Assembly: GCF_004010195.1 (NCBI RefSeq)
Contig: NC_057752.1
Coordinates: 6,690,811 to 6,754,810, forward strand
Direction of reading: 5' to 3'
DNA: 64,000 nt
Origin: Chiloscyllium plagiosum
Taxonomy: Eukaryota
Below the pieces are notes generated by a model. It was given only the letters and a program-made list of their open reading frames with translations. It was not told where the DNA came from and ran no database searches. How positions within the stretch are numbered: the stretch's first letter is position 1; each line of letters begins with the position of its first letter. A program made the position numbers and the translations under genes. Shown one piece after another: positions 25,806-38,300 of this stretch.

Positions 25806-26397
25806 GTGTGTATTCAATTTAAATTTGGGTCAGTACTGATCACAAAATCAAGAAATTTTCTTGCTTGCTAAAACTAACCCAGTCTCATCAAAACAAACTG
25901 TTGAAAAAATTTAACTTTATGGTATGTTAAAACAATTCTTCTTCTCGCTCCTGCAAGAAGAAAACCAGTATTTCACTGGATAGAAGTGGTGATGGAAAAC
26001 AGACAAATTCACTCACTTTCTGACCTGACTGACAAACTCAGAGTAAAGGAAAACACTCCCTAGTTTCTGCACTTTGCAAGAAAATAAATGTTCATTACAG
26101 ACAAACAATCTTTAACTAATGGTGATTAGGAAATATGAATTACTAATTTCTATCATCTCTATAGTTTAAACTATTTCTTAAATTCCCCCTTCACAAACAA
26201 ACAAAATCAGATGCACAAAAAAAGATAAGGCATGAATACAAGTGACGGTAGTTACCCTAGTCCCAGAGGACTATAAAGCTGCTCCCTCATTCAAGAAAGG
26301 GACAACTAGTGATGGTTTCACCCGAAGGTCACCATTCCTCAGGCCTCACCAGTGTCCTGTACAGCCACAACATAACATTCTAACTCCTGTACTCAAT

Positions 26398-26776
26398 GTT
26401 GTTTTTGGTTCCTGGTTTGATGCCGGTTGGCCCATCCAGTTTAATTTCTTTGTTTAGACTTTGTAGCAGTTGTTAGAACTGAGTGACTTGCTAAGTCATT
26501 TGAGGGCAGTTGAGTGTCATTGCTGTGGATCTGTATTCACCTGTAGGTCAGACCAGGTAGGAATGGAAGATTCCTTCCCTGAAGAACATAAGTGAACCAG
26601 ATGGGTTTTTCCAACAATCAGCAATTGTTTTGTCGTCATCATTACAATCCTAATTCCGGTTTTGAATTCAAATTCTGCTGCCTCCCATGACTGGATTCAA
26701 ACCCAAGGCTCCCAAACATTATTTGCGTTTCTGGATTACTAGTCTACTGATTATTCTACTAGGCCAGCTCCTCCCC
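26398..26776 (-). mobile_element. 5' segment with tRNA-like head, probably of the LINE at 20110-22686
   Basis: The reverse complement starts GGGGAGGAGCTGGCCTAGTAG (A-box-like) ... GGTTTGAATCC (B-box-like). Similar fragments occur at ~19435-19520 and ~38310-38410. Confidence 0.6.
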
Positions 26777-28109
26777 GTGCTGACTTTTACTCTATCATTA
26801 AACTGGCAAAAGATTTACCAGTTGAATTCCCACTTTGACTCAAATTCACTCTCTCTCTGTTTCATTCTCGCAAAGATTCCCTCACTCTGACCATGCAGCT
26901 TACTCTGGACAAAGTGTTTTCAAAAAGAGGAAGAAGGAAATTCAACCAATTCAGTCCTTGTTTGCAAGTAAATCGCAAATTTTGCAGAGTGAAAATAACA
27001 CTTCTGTTGAGATGAAATTGGCCTGAGTCTTTTAAACATAAAGCTGTGAGTGTAACAGATAAAATCTGGCAGGGTGCAACTGACAAATGTACTGTGGTGC
27101 AAATACTTGACACCCCCCACCCTACTTGGCTGCTGTCATCTTGCAGTTGTCTTGATTTGATTGCCATGGCTTTCCTAGGAATCACTTTGGCTTCTGCTTC
27201 TACTCCTGCTCTGATCAGCTTTAATTTAGAAATAAGGAAGAAAGTGGAATCAGTTCAATAAATGTATTTTTACACTGCGTATGTACAGAATTATGTTCCC
27301 AGTTTAAAATGATGTTGCGAGAATGCACATTCGATTCCCTGCTTGCCTCAGCACCCATTTGAGTGATATTACATTCAGAATTATTGGGCTTCAGGCAACT
27401 GAGTTGGGTGTTGGGAGACAAATGGGAGGATCAGGCAATTGCTGCACACCACCTTGAAGTTGATTTTGATTGTGGTGCAGCAAAGTGCCGCCACCCGCCT
27501 TTCCATGGCTGAGTTATGTGGATTGCAAAGAAGGTGTGGGTTGTGAATTTGCCAGCAGCAAGGTGCCTGATGTGACGATGCTTATGTTATCGCCAGTAAC
27601 ATGAATTGGATGTGGATGTTGTGGTATTGACAAGTCCAATAGACATTTATTACATTTTAGTGTATCAACATGAGTGTCAGGGCTCCCATTAAGCTATTAA
27701 ATTGTAACAGAGGAGCATGCTTCAAGTGATCAGTTAAAATGGAGTGAGATCTTTATACCCTCATCTCATATGCTATGATGCAGTGATTATATCATGAGCA
27801 TGTGTCTGAGGTATACTGACCATGAAACATAAAACATCACTTTTTTTTTCCTCCAAAGATTACAAACTTCTCGCAAGCGGATATATATGGTTGTACATGA
27901 GCGTGTGTACAATAATCAAACAAACAGGTAAATCAGAGTTGACAAGACCAACATTTGAAACTTCAATGAAATGTTTTGAAGGGTTGACAGTCTGGCATGA
28001 TCTGATGATTTTTGTATACCAATCTGGAGAGGCATGCGTTGTTCAGTTACATTATTTGACAACTCCATGGGCTTGCTGCTGATTGCTTTCACTGCCAGCT
28101 TCGAAACGG

Positions 28110-28470
28110 CAGGTGAGCCCCAGGTGGACAGAGGAAGCACTTCAGTAAGACCCTCAAGGCCTCACTGGCGCAGTGCGGCATTCCCACAGACACCTTGGAA
28201 TCACTGGTCCAAGACAGGCTACAGGGGAGGAGCAGCATCTGGGAAGCCGTCAAGCACCTCAAGACTTGCCGTTGGGGAAAAAGCAGAAGCTGGGAGAAAG
28301 GAGCACACTGCCACATCAACGTCTCACCACTCCTTCCTGTGACCACCTTCTGTCCCAGTTGTAACAGAGCTTGCGATAGCCATATTGGGTTGTACAGCCA
28401 CCTACAGACTCATCATGAGTGTGGAAAGAGAATCATCCTCATCTGTGGGAGACTGCCAATGATGCTGTCA
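28110..28470 (+). mobile_element. RTE-clade LINE 3' fragment
   Basis: TLKASL..CGIPTDT.ESLVQDR..RSSIWE and C-terminal CPSCNRACDSHIGLYSHLQTH zinc-knuckle, followed by a GATGATG-like tail. Confidence 0.75.
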
Positions 28471-28714
28471 ATCAACATAATTGTGCAACCATCGTCACCA
28501 GAATGTGCTTGCTCTCTCTTCATGTACGATCGTGCTGTACATTGGTTTGAGCTGGTTTCTATTACTTGGCAATGTGACACCATAGTCATTAATGAATTTA
28601 TGTGATCTGGGCTGGTTGCATATTTGGAAACCTTTGCTGTTATTTGTATTTCTGACTCATGCTTTCTGCCCAATGTACGGTTTTGGTAGTTCTCTACCTA
28701 CTCACTTGTCCCTA

Positions 28715-30777
28715 AGACGTAAGAGCAGAAATCAGCCCATTTAGCCCATCAAGTCTGCTCTGCCATTCAATCATGGCTGAAACGTTTCTCAACCCCATTC
28801 TCCCACTTTCTCCCTGTACCCCTTGATACTCAAGAACTTATCTATCTCAGTCTTAAATATACTCGGTGACCTAGCCTCCACAGCCTTCTGTGGCAATGAA
28901 TTCCATAGATTCACCACTCTTTGGCTGAAGAGGTTTCTCTTTATCTCCGTTCTAAAAGGTCATCCCTTTTATTCGAAGGCTCTGCCCTCTGTTCCTAGTC
29001 TGTCCTACCAATGGAAACGTCTTCCCAACATCTATTCTGTCCAGGCCATTCAGTATTCTGTATATTTCATTTCGATCCCCCTATATCCTTCTAAACTCCA
29101 AGTATAGACCAGAGTCCTCAAACATTCCTCTTATGTTAAGCTTTTCATTCCTGGGACCATTCTCGTGAACCTCCTCTGAACAAGCTCCAGGGCCAATATA
29201 TCCTTCCTGAGACATGGGGCCCAAAACTGCACACAATACTCCAAATGTGGTCTGGTATTATAGAGCCTCCAAAGTGAGATCTGCTTTTATATTCAAGTCC
29301 TCTCAAAATAACTGCTATCATTGCATTTGCCTTCCTAACTACTGACTCAACCTGCAAGTTTACCTTGAGAGAATCCTGGACTAGAACTCCCAAGTTGCTT
29401 TGCACTTCAGACTTGTGAATTTTCTCCCCATTTGGAAAATAGTCCATGCCTCTATTCTTCTTACCAAAGTGCATGACCTCTCACTTCCCCACGTTGTACT
29501 TCATCTGCCAATTCTCTGCCCACTCTCCTAATCTGTCTAAATGCTTCTGCAACTTCCCTACCTCCTGAATGCTATCTGCCCCTCTACCTATCTTTGTCTC
29601 GTCTGCAAACCTACCCAGAATGCCCTTCGTTCCTTCATCCAAATCATTAATATATAAAGTGAAAAGTTGTGGTCACAACACTGAGCTTTGCTTCACTGGC
29701 TGCCATCCTGAGAAGGACCCTTTTATCCCCACTCTCTGCTTTCTGCCAGACAGCCAAACTTCTATCCATGCTAGCACCTTGCCTCTGACACCATTGGCCC
29801 TTACCTTACTCAGTAGCCTCCTGTGCAGCACATTGTCAAAGGCCTTCTTGAAGTCCAGGTAGATAACCTCCATTGGCTCTCCTTGGTCTAACCTGCTTGT
29901 TACTTCTTCAAAGAGTTCTAGCAGATTTGTCAGGCATGACCTTCCCTTGATGAAACCATGCTGTCTTTGCCCTATTTTACCATGCATTTCCAAGTAGTCA
30001 GAAATCTCATCCTTCACAATGGGTTCCAGGATCTTGCCCACACCCGAGGTTAGGTGAATTGGTTTGTAATTTTCCGTGTCCTGCCTTGCTCCCTTTTTAA
30101 ACAGGGTATCATGTTAGTGATTTTCCAGTCCTCTGGGGCCCTCCCTGATTCTAGCGATTCCTGAAAGATCACCACGGACGCCTCCACTATCTCTTCAGCT
30201 ATCTCCCATAGAACTGTGGGGTGTAGTCTATCTGGTTCAGGTGATTTATCCACCTTCAGGCCGTTCAGATTTTCTAGCATCTTCTCCTTGGTGATGGTCA
30301 CCATACTCACCTCTGCCCCCTCACTCTCTCAAATATTTGGGATATTACTCAGGTCTTCCACTGTGAAGACTAACGCAAAGTAATTGTTCAGTTCCTCAGC
30401 CATTTTTCTTGTTCCCCACTACTGTCTCTCCAGCGTCATTTTTCAGCGGCCCAGTGTCTACCTTTGCCTGTCTTTTGCCCTTTATATGTCTAAAGAAATT
30501 CATACAGACTTCTTTTATATTACTGGCTAGCTTACCCTCCTAGTTAATGTCCTCTGTTGGTCTTTGTAAGCTTCCCAATCCTCTGGTTCTACACTGCCCT
30601 TCACCACATTATATGCTTTTTCTTTTGCTTTTATGCTATCCCTGACTTTCCTAATCAGCCATGATTGCCTCATCCTCCTGTACATTGCTTCTTTTTCCTC
30701 AGGAAGGATCTCTGCTGTGTCTCCTGAATTACTCCCAGAAACTCCTGCCATTGCTGTTCCATTGTCTTTCCTGCTAG
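28715..30777 (-). mobile_element. CR1 LINE ORF2 3' half, decayed
   Basis: QHGFIKGRSCLTNLLELFEEVTSRLDQGEPMEVIYLDFKKAFDNVLHRRLLSKV; MHFGKKNRG...LGVLVQDSLKV. Confidence 0.92.
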
Positions 30778-30899
30778 ATGATGTCTGTCTTTGTTTTTTC
30801 TCTGTCTTTAAAGAATGTCTCATGCCTCAGAATGGTTAAATAGTTGGTTTATGTGCAAGGACATTCACTCTTCCAAGCTTAAGTTGTGCTGGTAATGGA

Positions 30900-32280
30900 A
30901 ATCTCTTCTCTATTCACGTTGCACAAAAATGTTGCAATGTGGTGTGAAAATTGCTTTGTTGCTTGACATTTAATGGACATTGATTTGATAGTACATATCA
31001 TAGATTCTGCGGAACCACTTGAGCAGAGATAGGGGATAACAATGCGACGTGGGTCACTCCCACTTAGCGTGCAAGTCTTTAATCAGTTTGTCATTGTGCT
31101 GTGGTTCGTTGTCGGACACTATCCATTTTGGGACACCAACTAAACTGAATATAGTGCTAGTTGTGTTAGTAATGGTCATGCTTGTTGTGTTGCCAAGTCA
31201 TTGAATAATTTAGAGGAATTTAGAGAAATAGTCTGTCATTAGAATATAATCTTCCCTGTGCACTGTGAATTCATCTGTTGCTACTTTTGTACAAGGAGTA
31301 GAGGGAACATTGTGAATGTAGAGGCACCCTTCGCTGCTGGAATTGATACATTTGGTGATTGTTCACACGCATTCATGAGTTGATGAATGTCTTGAGTCAT
31401 CCCTGGACTGTACAGAGATTCATGTGCCAATTGTGTGTTCAATACCATGTGTTCTTGGTTTAACATGGACATGATATCTTGATGTAATGCTTTTAGCATT
31501 AGAACTTGTTTCCCTTTGAAAATGACTTGTTGCACTATGCCAAGTTTGTCTCTGGCCAGAATGAACAAATCTGCCCAAGTTGTTCTTTAATGCTGTCAGA
31601 TCATCAGATTATCTGTGGATCATGACTTTTTGCAACTCCTGTAATTGCTGTTTGCAACTGTTTGCATTGTTTCTGGACAAATGGTAATAGGTCAACCTTC
31701 AGAGCATCAACTTCATAGTCAGGACCATCAGCGTGTGGGTTGAGAGGAATATTTTGGTTCTCATGTAGGTTGGGTAATCTACTTGACATGCCCAATGTAA
31801 TCAATCTGATACCTGTCTCTTGTCTCACTTCAAAGCCATATCCTTGCTGATTTGATTGTGTCACATATGGGTCTGTTCTGTCACAGTGGGTGTGGTTTGA
31901 ATCTCCATGAATTGTGTGTGTACTGGTCGTACTGCTGGACCGTAGGTATTTACCAAGTAAAATATTTTGGGAAGCCAAGATGAGCTTACTTCTTGACATT
32001 GCAGTGTGATTCTACAAATGCACTGACTTGGTGATTCATTTTATGCTTTGAGACGGTCTCCCATTGGCTAGATCATGGAGTGCCGTTTATTGAGGTACAT
32101 AACTTTTAGAATGCATAGTGCTATAATGTTAACACCAGCACCTGTGTTGATTTTAGTTTTTAGTATGTATCGCCTTGCCTTTTCAGGACATGTGATATTA
32201 ATAATTATAAAAGCTTTAGATCACCTTATAACATTGACGTGGTGGATGAGGTTAACAATGTGGAAAGTTTAGTCATCTTC
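30900..32280 (-). mobile_element. Highly decayed Gypsy-like pol (protease + integrase remnants)
   Basis: Minus strand gives TKINTGAGVNII (aspartic protease KIDTGA-like, ~32120-32158), ESLYSPGMTQDI..LMNAC (integrase Zn region) and GVPKWIVSDNEPQ (integrase core, ~31100-31138). Confidence 0.7.
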
Positions 32281-33245
32281 TGAAATTGTCTTTTGCTTAG
32301 TTGACTCTAAACCTTATTGATTGATTTGTATTTGTGCACCTTTTATATCAGCCTTTATTTCAGATTTCTAGCATCCACCATATTCTGTTTTTATTTTTCC
32401 CCTACACATGTTGGAGTCTGTTAATCATGAAGTTAATTCTTATCTTGAGCCAGTCTTCAACAACTTTCCCGATCTTTTCTTGATCCGTCTGATTGTTCAT
32501 GAAAAGACCGTACACATTAATTCTGCGAAATCTCCCTTGCTGGCAGTAAGTTTTCGAGCTCTTTTCTCGAGATTTGTAGAATAGAGCTGCATACGATGTT
32601 GCTTTTGAACAGTTGTCATTCAGTATGGGTGTCACTTGGTGTCCAGTCCATAATGAGGTTTCTGCTGCCCATGCCTTTAAAAATGTTGTACTGGACAACC
32701 TTAAGCCATGTGTTTCTGACTGTGTCAGTGTTGATTTTAAAAATTGCTCCTTTCTTCAGAACTTTGCTGCTGTCCTGATAAACTCTTACATTCCCAGCGG
32801 TCGATACAGAAGTAATATACTAGCTTCCAGCTTCTACATATTGCTGCCCAGAATTTGTTACAACTCAAACGTGTGTTTTTTTTTCCCTTGCTTTTAATTC
32901 TGTCAATCTTGGAAATGTCGCTTGTCTGAAAATAACTGGTATTCTAATTCGTAAAAGAAAGCTCTATTTTCTTGGTGGCTAATGCACTATCTATGGATTT
33001 ATACAACTTTCTGTACTCTCAGAAACTGATGTTGCTGAAGGGTAAGAAATCCTCCCTTTCTTTTGAGGGTTTTGTTAACTGAAGCTGGTGTCTGGTTGAT
33101 CTTCGATTACTTTTCCAAGATCTGCAAGCTCTGTAAATAGATTATCACGAATGACAGCAAGCAGTAGCAGACATTTAAGGCATATCAGCAAAAATACCTC
33201 CCAGAAAGAGGAAAAATTCTGAGGGCTAACCAAGGAAGTTAGGGA

Positions 33246-33385
33246 GGGTTCTGAGGAAAGGTTACGGGACCTGAAATGTTAACTCTGATTTCTCTTTACA
33301 GATGCTGCCAGACCTGCTGAGCATTTCCAGCAATTCTGCTTTTGTTTCTGATTTACAGCAGCTGCAGTTCTTTTGGTTTTTATTA
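33246..33385 (+). mobile_element. PLE terminal fragment with hammerhead-like motif
   Basis: GGGTT-CTGAGGA-A-AGGT TACGGG ACCT-GAAA-TGTT-AACTC, followed by the PLE-terminal GATGCTGCCAGACCTGCTGAG..TTTCCAGCA. Confidence 0.65.
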
Positions 33386-33389
33386 AATT

Positions 33390-33719
33390 AAGGAGAGTAT
33401 TAAGTTAAAAGAGCATACAAGGAGACCAAAGTCAGTGATAACCTGAAGACTGGAATAAACTCAGAATCCAGCAAAGGAGGACTAAAAAGATGAGGAAAGA
33501 GAAAATAACTTAGCGAGGAACATAACAACTGACAATAAGAACTCCTTTAAATATATATATAAAAAAGGAAGCTTGGGGTCGAGATGAACACAGGCCCCTT
33601 AGAAAATGAATCTGGCAAGAGAGTTATGGGGAACCAGGAAATGCAGGGGAGTTAAACAGGTATTTTGCATCAGTCTTTATGGTGGAAGATATTTTGAGCA
33701 TTGCATTAATACTCAAAGA
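33390..33719 (+). mobile_element. CR1 fragment (host of the PLE insertion; resumes at ~35992-36165)
   Basis: KAYK....SDNLKTG / ELN.YFASVF.VED-like CR1 sequence that continues after the PLE with TITRVVLDKLMG and DALVVIFQKSLDSGEVPKDWK. Confidence 0.75.
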
Positions 33720-35991
33720 TTTTACCCTACTGCGAATCCTCTTACAAGGATGCCTTCCTTGAAGAAGCTCTCTTCCTCCCTATTCAAGGATTTCAGTGAG
33801 TCCCTCTCTCACTGCACCCCCCAGGTCATCTCCTCTGCACAGAAGCTCTTCAGCCACATTCTCAAACAGACTCGCTACCACAGCCATATCTCCTTCCTCA
33901 GCACCTGCCTACAGAACCGACTGATCCCGCACGGACTCCGGACTACGGTCCAACCAACAAAATTTGGACCCAACCAGGACAACCAGTACCTACAACAAAT
34001 CCGAAGCCTCCAGCAACAGACCTCCCTCCGGATCCTCCACTCCACGCTTGCAGCCATGTGCCGCTACCTATATTCCCTGCAACTCGACTTACCCCAGCTC
34101 AGGACAACACTCTCACAGACCTGCAAAGGACCTCGACTGTTCTTCATCCACAGAAGGATCCATAAACTAAACAAACAGTTCTTCCTAGCCATATCGGAAA
34201 TTAAAGACAGTAAGTACCAAAAACTTTCATGTACTTACCCCCACACTCCGGATTCCTCAACTGTTCCAGAATCTTCCATCGGCCTCCGAAATCAGTCTGG
34301 CGCCATTACACACGCGCCCGCTACATTGCCCACGGCAATAGCCGCCGCTGACGATGACGTCACTTCCGCCCCCACCGACCTCGCAGCCTCCGCGATCGCC
34401 GCTCAGACAACCGCCTCCACGATTGCCATGAAGACAATCGCCGACAGATTCGCGACCTCTGCGGTTATGGGGAATAACTCTGTCTCTGTGGTCGCCGCAG
34501 CCACTTCCGCCCTCAGTGACGTTACTAACCTACACGACCACAACGCCGCATGTGTCTCCGCCCCCACGCCGATCTCCGTCACCACGCCTAACCCTGCCCC
34601 CCCGCCGAGTTCCGTCACCACGCCTAACCCCGCCCCCCNNNNNNNNNNNNNNNNNNNNNNNNNNNNNNNNNNNNNNNNNNNNNNNNNNNNNNNNNNNNNN
34701 NNNNNNNNNNNNNNNNNNNNNNNNNNNNNNNNNNNNNNNNNNNNNNNNNNNNNNNNNNNNNNNNNNNNNNNNNNNNNNNNNNNNNNNNNNNNNNNNNNNN
34801 NNNNNNNNNNNNNNNNNNNNNNNNNNNNNNNNNNNNNNNNNNNNNNNNNNNNNNNNNNNNNNNNNNNNNNNNNNNNNNNNNNNNNNNNNNNNNNNNNNNN
34901 NNNNNNNNNNNNNNNNNNNNNNNNNNNNNNNNNNNNNNNNNNNNNNNNNNNNNNNNNNNNNNNNNNNNNNNNNNNNNNNNNNNNNNNNNNNNNNNNNNNN
35001 NNNNNNNNNNNNNNNNNNNNNNNNNNNNNNNNNNNNNNNNNNNNNNNNNNNNNNNNNNNNNNNNNNNNNNNNNNNNNNNNNNNNNNNNNNNNNNNNNNNN
35101 NNNNNNNNNNNNNNNNNNNNNNNNNNNNNNNNNNNNNNNNNNNNNNNNNNNNNNNNNNNNNNNNNNNNNNNNNNNNNNNNNNNNNNNNNNNNNNNNNNNN
35201 NNNNNNNNNNNNNNNNNNNNNNNNNNNNNNNNNNNNNNNNNNNNNNNNNNNNNNNNNNNNNNNNNNNNNNNNNNGCACCTTCCCCTGCCACCGCCGGAGG
35301 TGCAAGACTTGCGCCCACACCTCCTCCTTCCCCTCCCTCCAAGGCCCCAAAGGAAACTTCCATATCCGCCACAGATTCACCTGTACCTCCACACATATCA
35401 TCTATTGCATCCTCTGCACCCGATGTGGCCTCCTCTATATTGGGGAGACAGGCCGGCTACTTGCGGAGCGTTTCAGAGAACACCTCTGGGACACACGGAC
35501 CAACCAAGCCAACCACCCTGTGGCTCAACACTTCAACTTCCCCCTCCCACTCCACCAAGGATATGCAGGTCTTTGGACTCCTCCATCGCCAGACCACAAC
35601 AACACGGTTGGAGGAAGAATGCCTCATCTTCCGCCTAGGAACCCTCCAATTACAAGGGATGAACTCGGATTTCACTAGTTTCCTCATTTCCCCTCCCCCC
35701 ATCTTGTCTCAGTCAAATCCATCGAACTCAGCATCGCCTTCCTAACCTGCAATCTTCTTCCTGACCTCTCCGCCCCCACCCCAGTCTGACCTATCACCCT
35801 CACCTTGACCTCTTTCCACCTATCACATTTCCGACGCCCCTCCCACAAGTCCCTCCTCCCTACCTTTTATCTTAGCCTGCTGGACACACTTTCCTCATTC
35901 CTGAAGAAGGGCTTCTGCCCGAAATGTCGATTCTCCTATTCCCTGGATGCTGCCTGACCTGCTGCGCTTTTCCAGCAACACATTTTCAGCC
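33720..35991 (+). mobile_element. Penelope-like retroelement (Neptune-like), relatively young, spanning an assembly gap
   Basis: Open N-terminal frame from ATG 33750 with HISFLSTCLQNRLIPHGL. After the gap come a C.RRRCKTC zinc linker and GIY-YIG endonuclease (IIYCILCTRCGLLYIGETGR.L.ERFREH), with one frameshift near 35540. Hammerhead-like motif at 35901-35928; imperfect flanking duplication TTAATACT.AA(A)GA. Confidence 0.9.
34639..35274. other. Assembly gap (636 N)
   Basis: Run of N. Confidence 1.
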
Positions 35992-36699
35992 TTAATACTG
36001 AAGAGTAAGGGGGAGGAATTAACTATCAACACCATTACTAGAGTAGTATTAGACAAACTAATGGGGCAGAAGGCCCTAAAGAGGATGTTTAGATGGTGGA
36101 TGCATTGGTTGTAATTTTCCAAAAGTCCTTGGATTCTGGAGAAGTACCAAAGGATTGGAAAACTCTCTGGTTTGGGAAAGCGGCCTGTGACTAGCATTCC
36201 ACATGGCAAGGTCGAAGAGAAAGGAATGGCGAGGGCTCCAGAGGGGGAAACGTCTGAGAAGCGGCGGAGGGAGCGGAACCATGCTCTGGGAAGGAGAGTA
36301 CCTGGAGCAGTTGGCATTGAGGGGCCAAACCCAGGAGGCAGAGGGACTGGCACACTGTCACTCCGAGCCAGAGAGAGCTCAGTGAGTGCTGAGATTCGCT
36401 GCTCGATAGTAGAGCCGAGGATGAGGTAATTTTGTTTACAAGTCTGATCAGCAAGAATTTGCAAGTGTTGAGAGTTAAGGTAAATGTTGGAATTTAAGAG
36501 TATAAATCTTTATTTTTTGCATTGTTAAAACCTAAAATTGTGTTTAGGGAAGAGTAGATATTTTAAGTGGTGAAATTGGAGTTGGTTCTTGCAGGCATCA
36601 TAATATAAAAGATAGGCATTAGGTTCTCCCAGCAGAGAGTGTGAACAGCAAGAGTGTGTAAATGCTGGGATTTGAAGGCAAGTCTAAGTTCGCTAATTA

Positions 36700-37300
36700 T
36701 GGAGTCAGCGATGTACAGCAGGGAAAGGGATCCTTCAATCCAACTCATCTATGCCGACCAGATATCCTAAATAAATCTAGTCCCATTTGTCAGCATTTGG
36801 CCCATTTCCTTCTAAACCCTTCCTATTCATTTACCCATCCAGATGCCTTGTAAATGGTCCAATTGTACCATCCTCCACTACTTTCTCCAGCAGCTCATTC
36901 CATACATGCACCACCCTCCGTGTGAAAAATATTGCCCCTAAGGTCCCTTTTAAATCTTTCTCCTCTCACCTTAAACCTATGCCCTCTAGTTCTGGACTCC
37001 CCTACCTTAGAAAAAAGACCTTGTCTGTTTACCCTATCCATGCTCTCATGATTTTATAAACCTCTATAAGGTCACCTCTCAGCCTCTGACGCTTCAGGGA
37101 AGACAGCCCTACCTTATTCAGCCTCTCCGTATAGCTCAAGCTGTCCAACCCTGGCAACATCCTTGTAAATCTTTTTTGAACCCTTTCAAATTTCACAACA
37201 TCCTTCCTATAGCAGGCAGACCAGTATTACATGCAGTATGCCAAAATTGGTCTAACCAATGACCTGTACAGCTGCAACATGATCTCTCAACTCCTATATT
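36700..37300 (-). mobile_element. CR1 3' fragment
   Basis: Same 3' end as 23105-23700 (CCTGGCAACATCCTTGTAAATCTTTT, CATGATTTTATAAACCTCT). Confidence 0.85.
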
Positions 37301-37339
37301 AAAGCTGCTATGGGAAGGGTGCAAAAAAAAACCTACAAA

Positions 37340-38300
37340 AATAGAGGCTGGATAGGCTGGGACTTTACTCACTGGAACGCAGGAGGTTGAGCAATGACCT
37401 TACAGAATTTTATAAAATCATGAGGGGCATAGATAAAGTGAATAGCCAAGGTCTTTTTCCTAGGGTAGGGCAGTCCAAAACTAGAGAGCATAGTTTTAAG
37501 GTGAGAGAGGAAAGACTTAAAAGGAACCTGAGGGACAACTTTCTCATATACACAGGGTGGTGCATATATGAAACAAGCTGCTGGAGGAAGTGGTGGAGGC
37601 AGGTACAATTACAACATTTAAAAGGCATTTGGACAGGTGCATGAATAGAAAAGGTTTAGAGGGATATGGGCCAAATGTAGGCAAGTGGCACTAGTTTAGT
37701 TTGAGAAAGCTGGTCAGCATGGATGAGTTGGAACGAAGGGTCTATTTCCATGTTTTATGACTGAGTCTATAACTGCTAATATGACACCTCTATTCAAAAG
37801 GGGAGGGCGACAAAAAGCAAGAAACTGTAGACTGATTGCCATACATCTACTATTGGAATCAATTATTAAGGAAGTGCCAGCAGACCATTTGCGAGATCAT
37901 AATCTAATCAAGCAGTCAGCATGGCTCCATGAAAGGGAAATTATGTCTGAGTAATTTATTCGTGTTTATCGAGCAATCTGAACCAAAGTGGATAGAGAGG
38001 AGCCAGTCAATGTGTTGTACTGGGACTTTAAGAAGGCATTCGATAAGGTATCACTCGGTACCTCTGCAGTGTTGGCAGTAATATTTTGACATGGATAGAG
38101 AATTGGCTTATGGACAGGAAACAAAGTGGAGATGAGAGGTTCCTTTCCAGGTTAGTGATCTGTGACTAGTGGGTTCCACAGGGATCAGTGCTGGGACTGC
38201 AATTCTTTACAAAATATATTAATGATGGGAGGAGGAAGTGTATATACTCAAGCCAAGTTTACAGATGACAAACAATAGGTGGAAAGGCAGGTTACAAGAG
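37340..38300 (+). mobile_element. CR1 fragments (3' end, then RT segment)
   Basis: DLTEFYKIMRGIDKVNSQGLFPRVG; ANMTPLFKRGGRQK; DFKKAFDKV; PQGSVLG. Confidence 0.85.

Noticed and set aside
32400..33190. Minus-strand segment with short ORFs, possibly LINE ORF1 or gag
   Set aside because: No motif could be assigned confidently; left unannotated.
33606..35745. 690-aa, 409-aa, 332-aa and 288-aa ORFs in the track
   Set aside because: They are artefacts of reading through 636 Ns. Only the PLE N-terminal frame and the GIY-YIG part are real; the first ~40 codons are CR1 host sequence.
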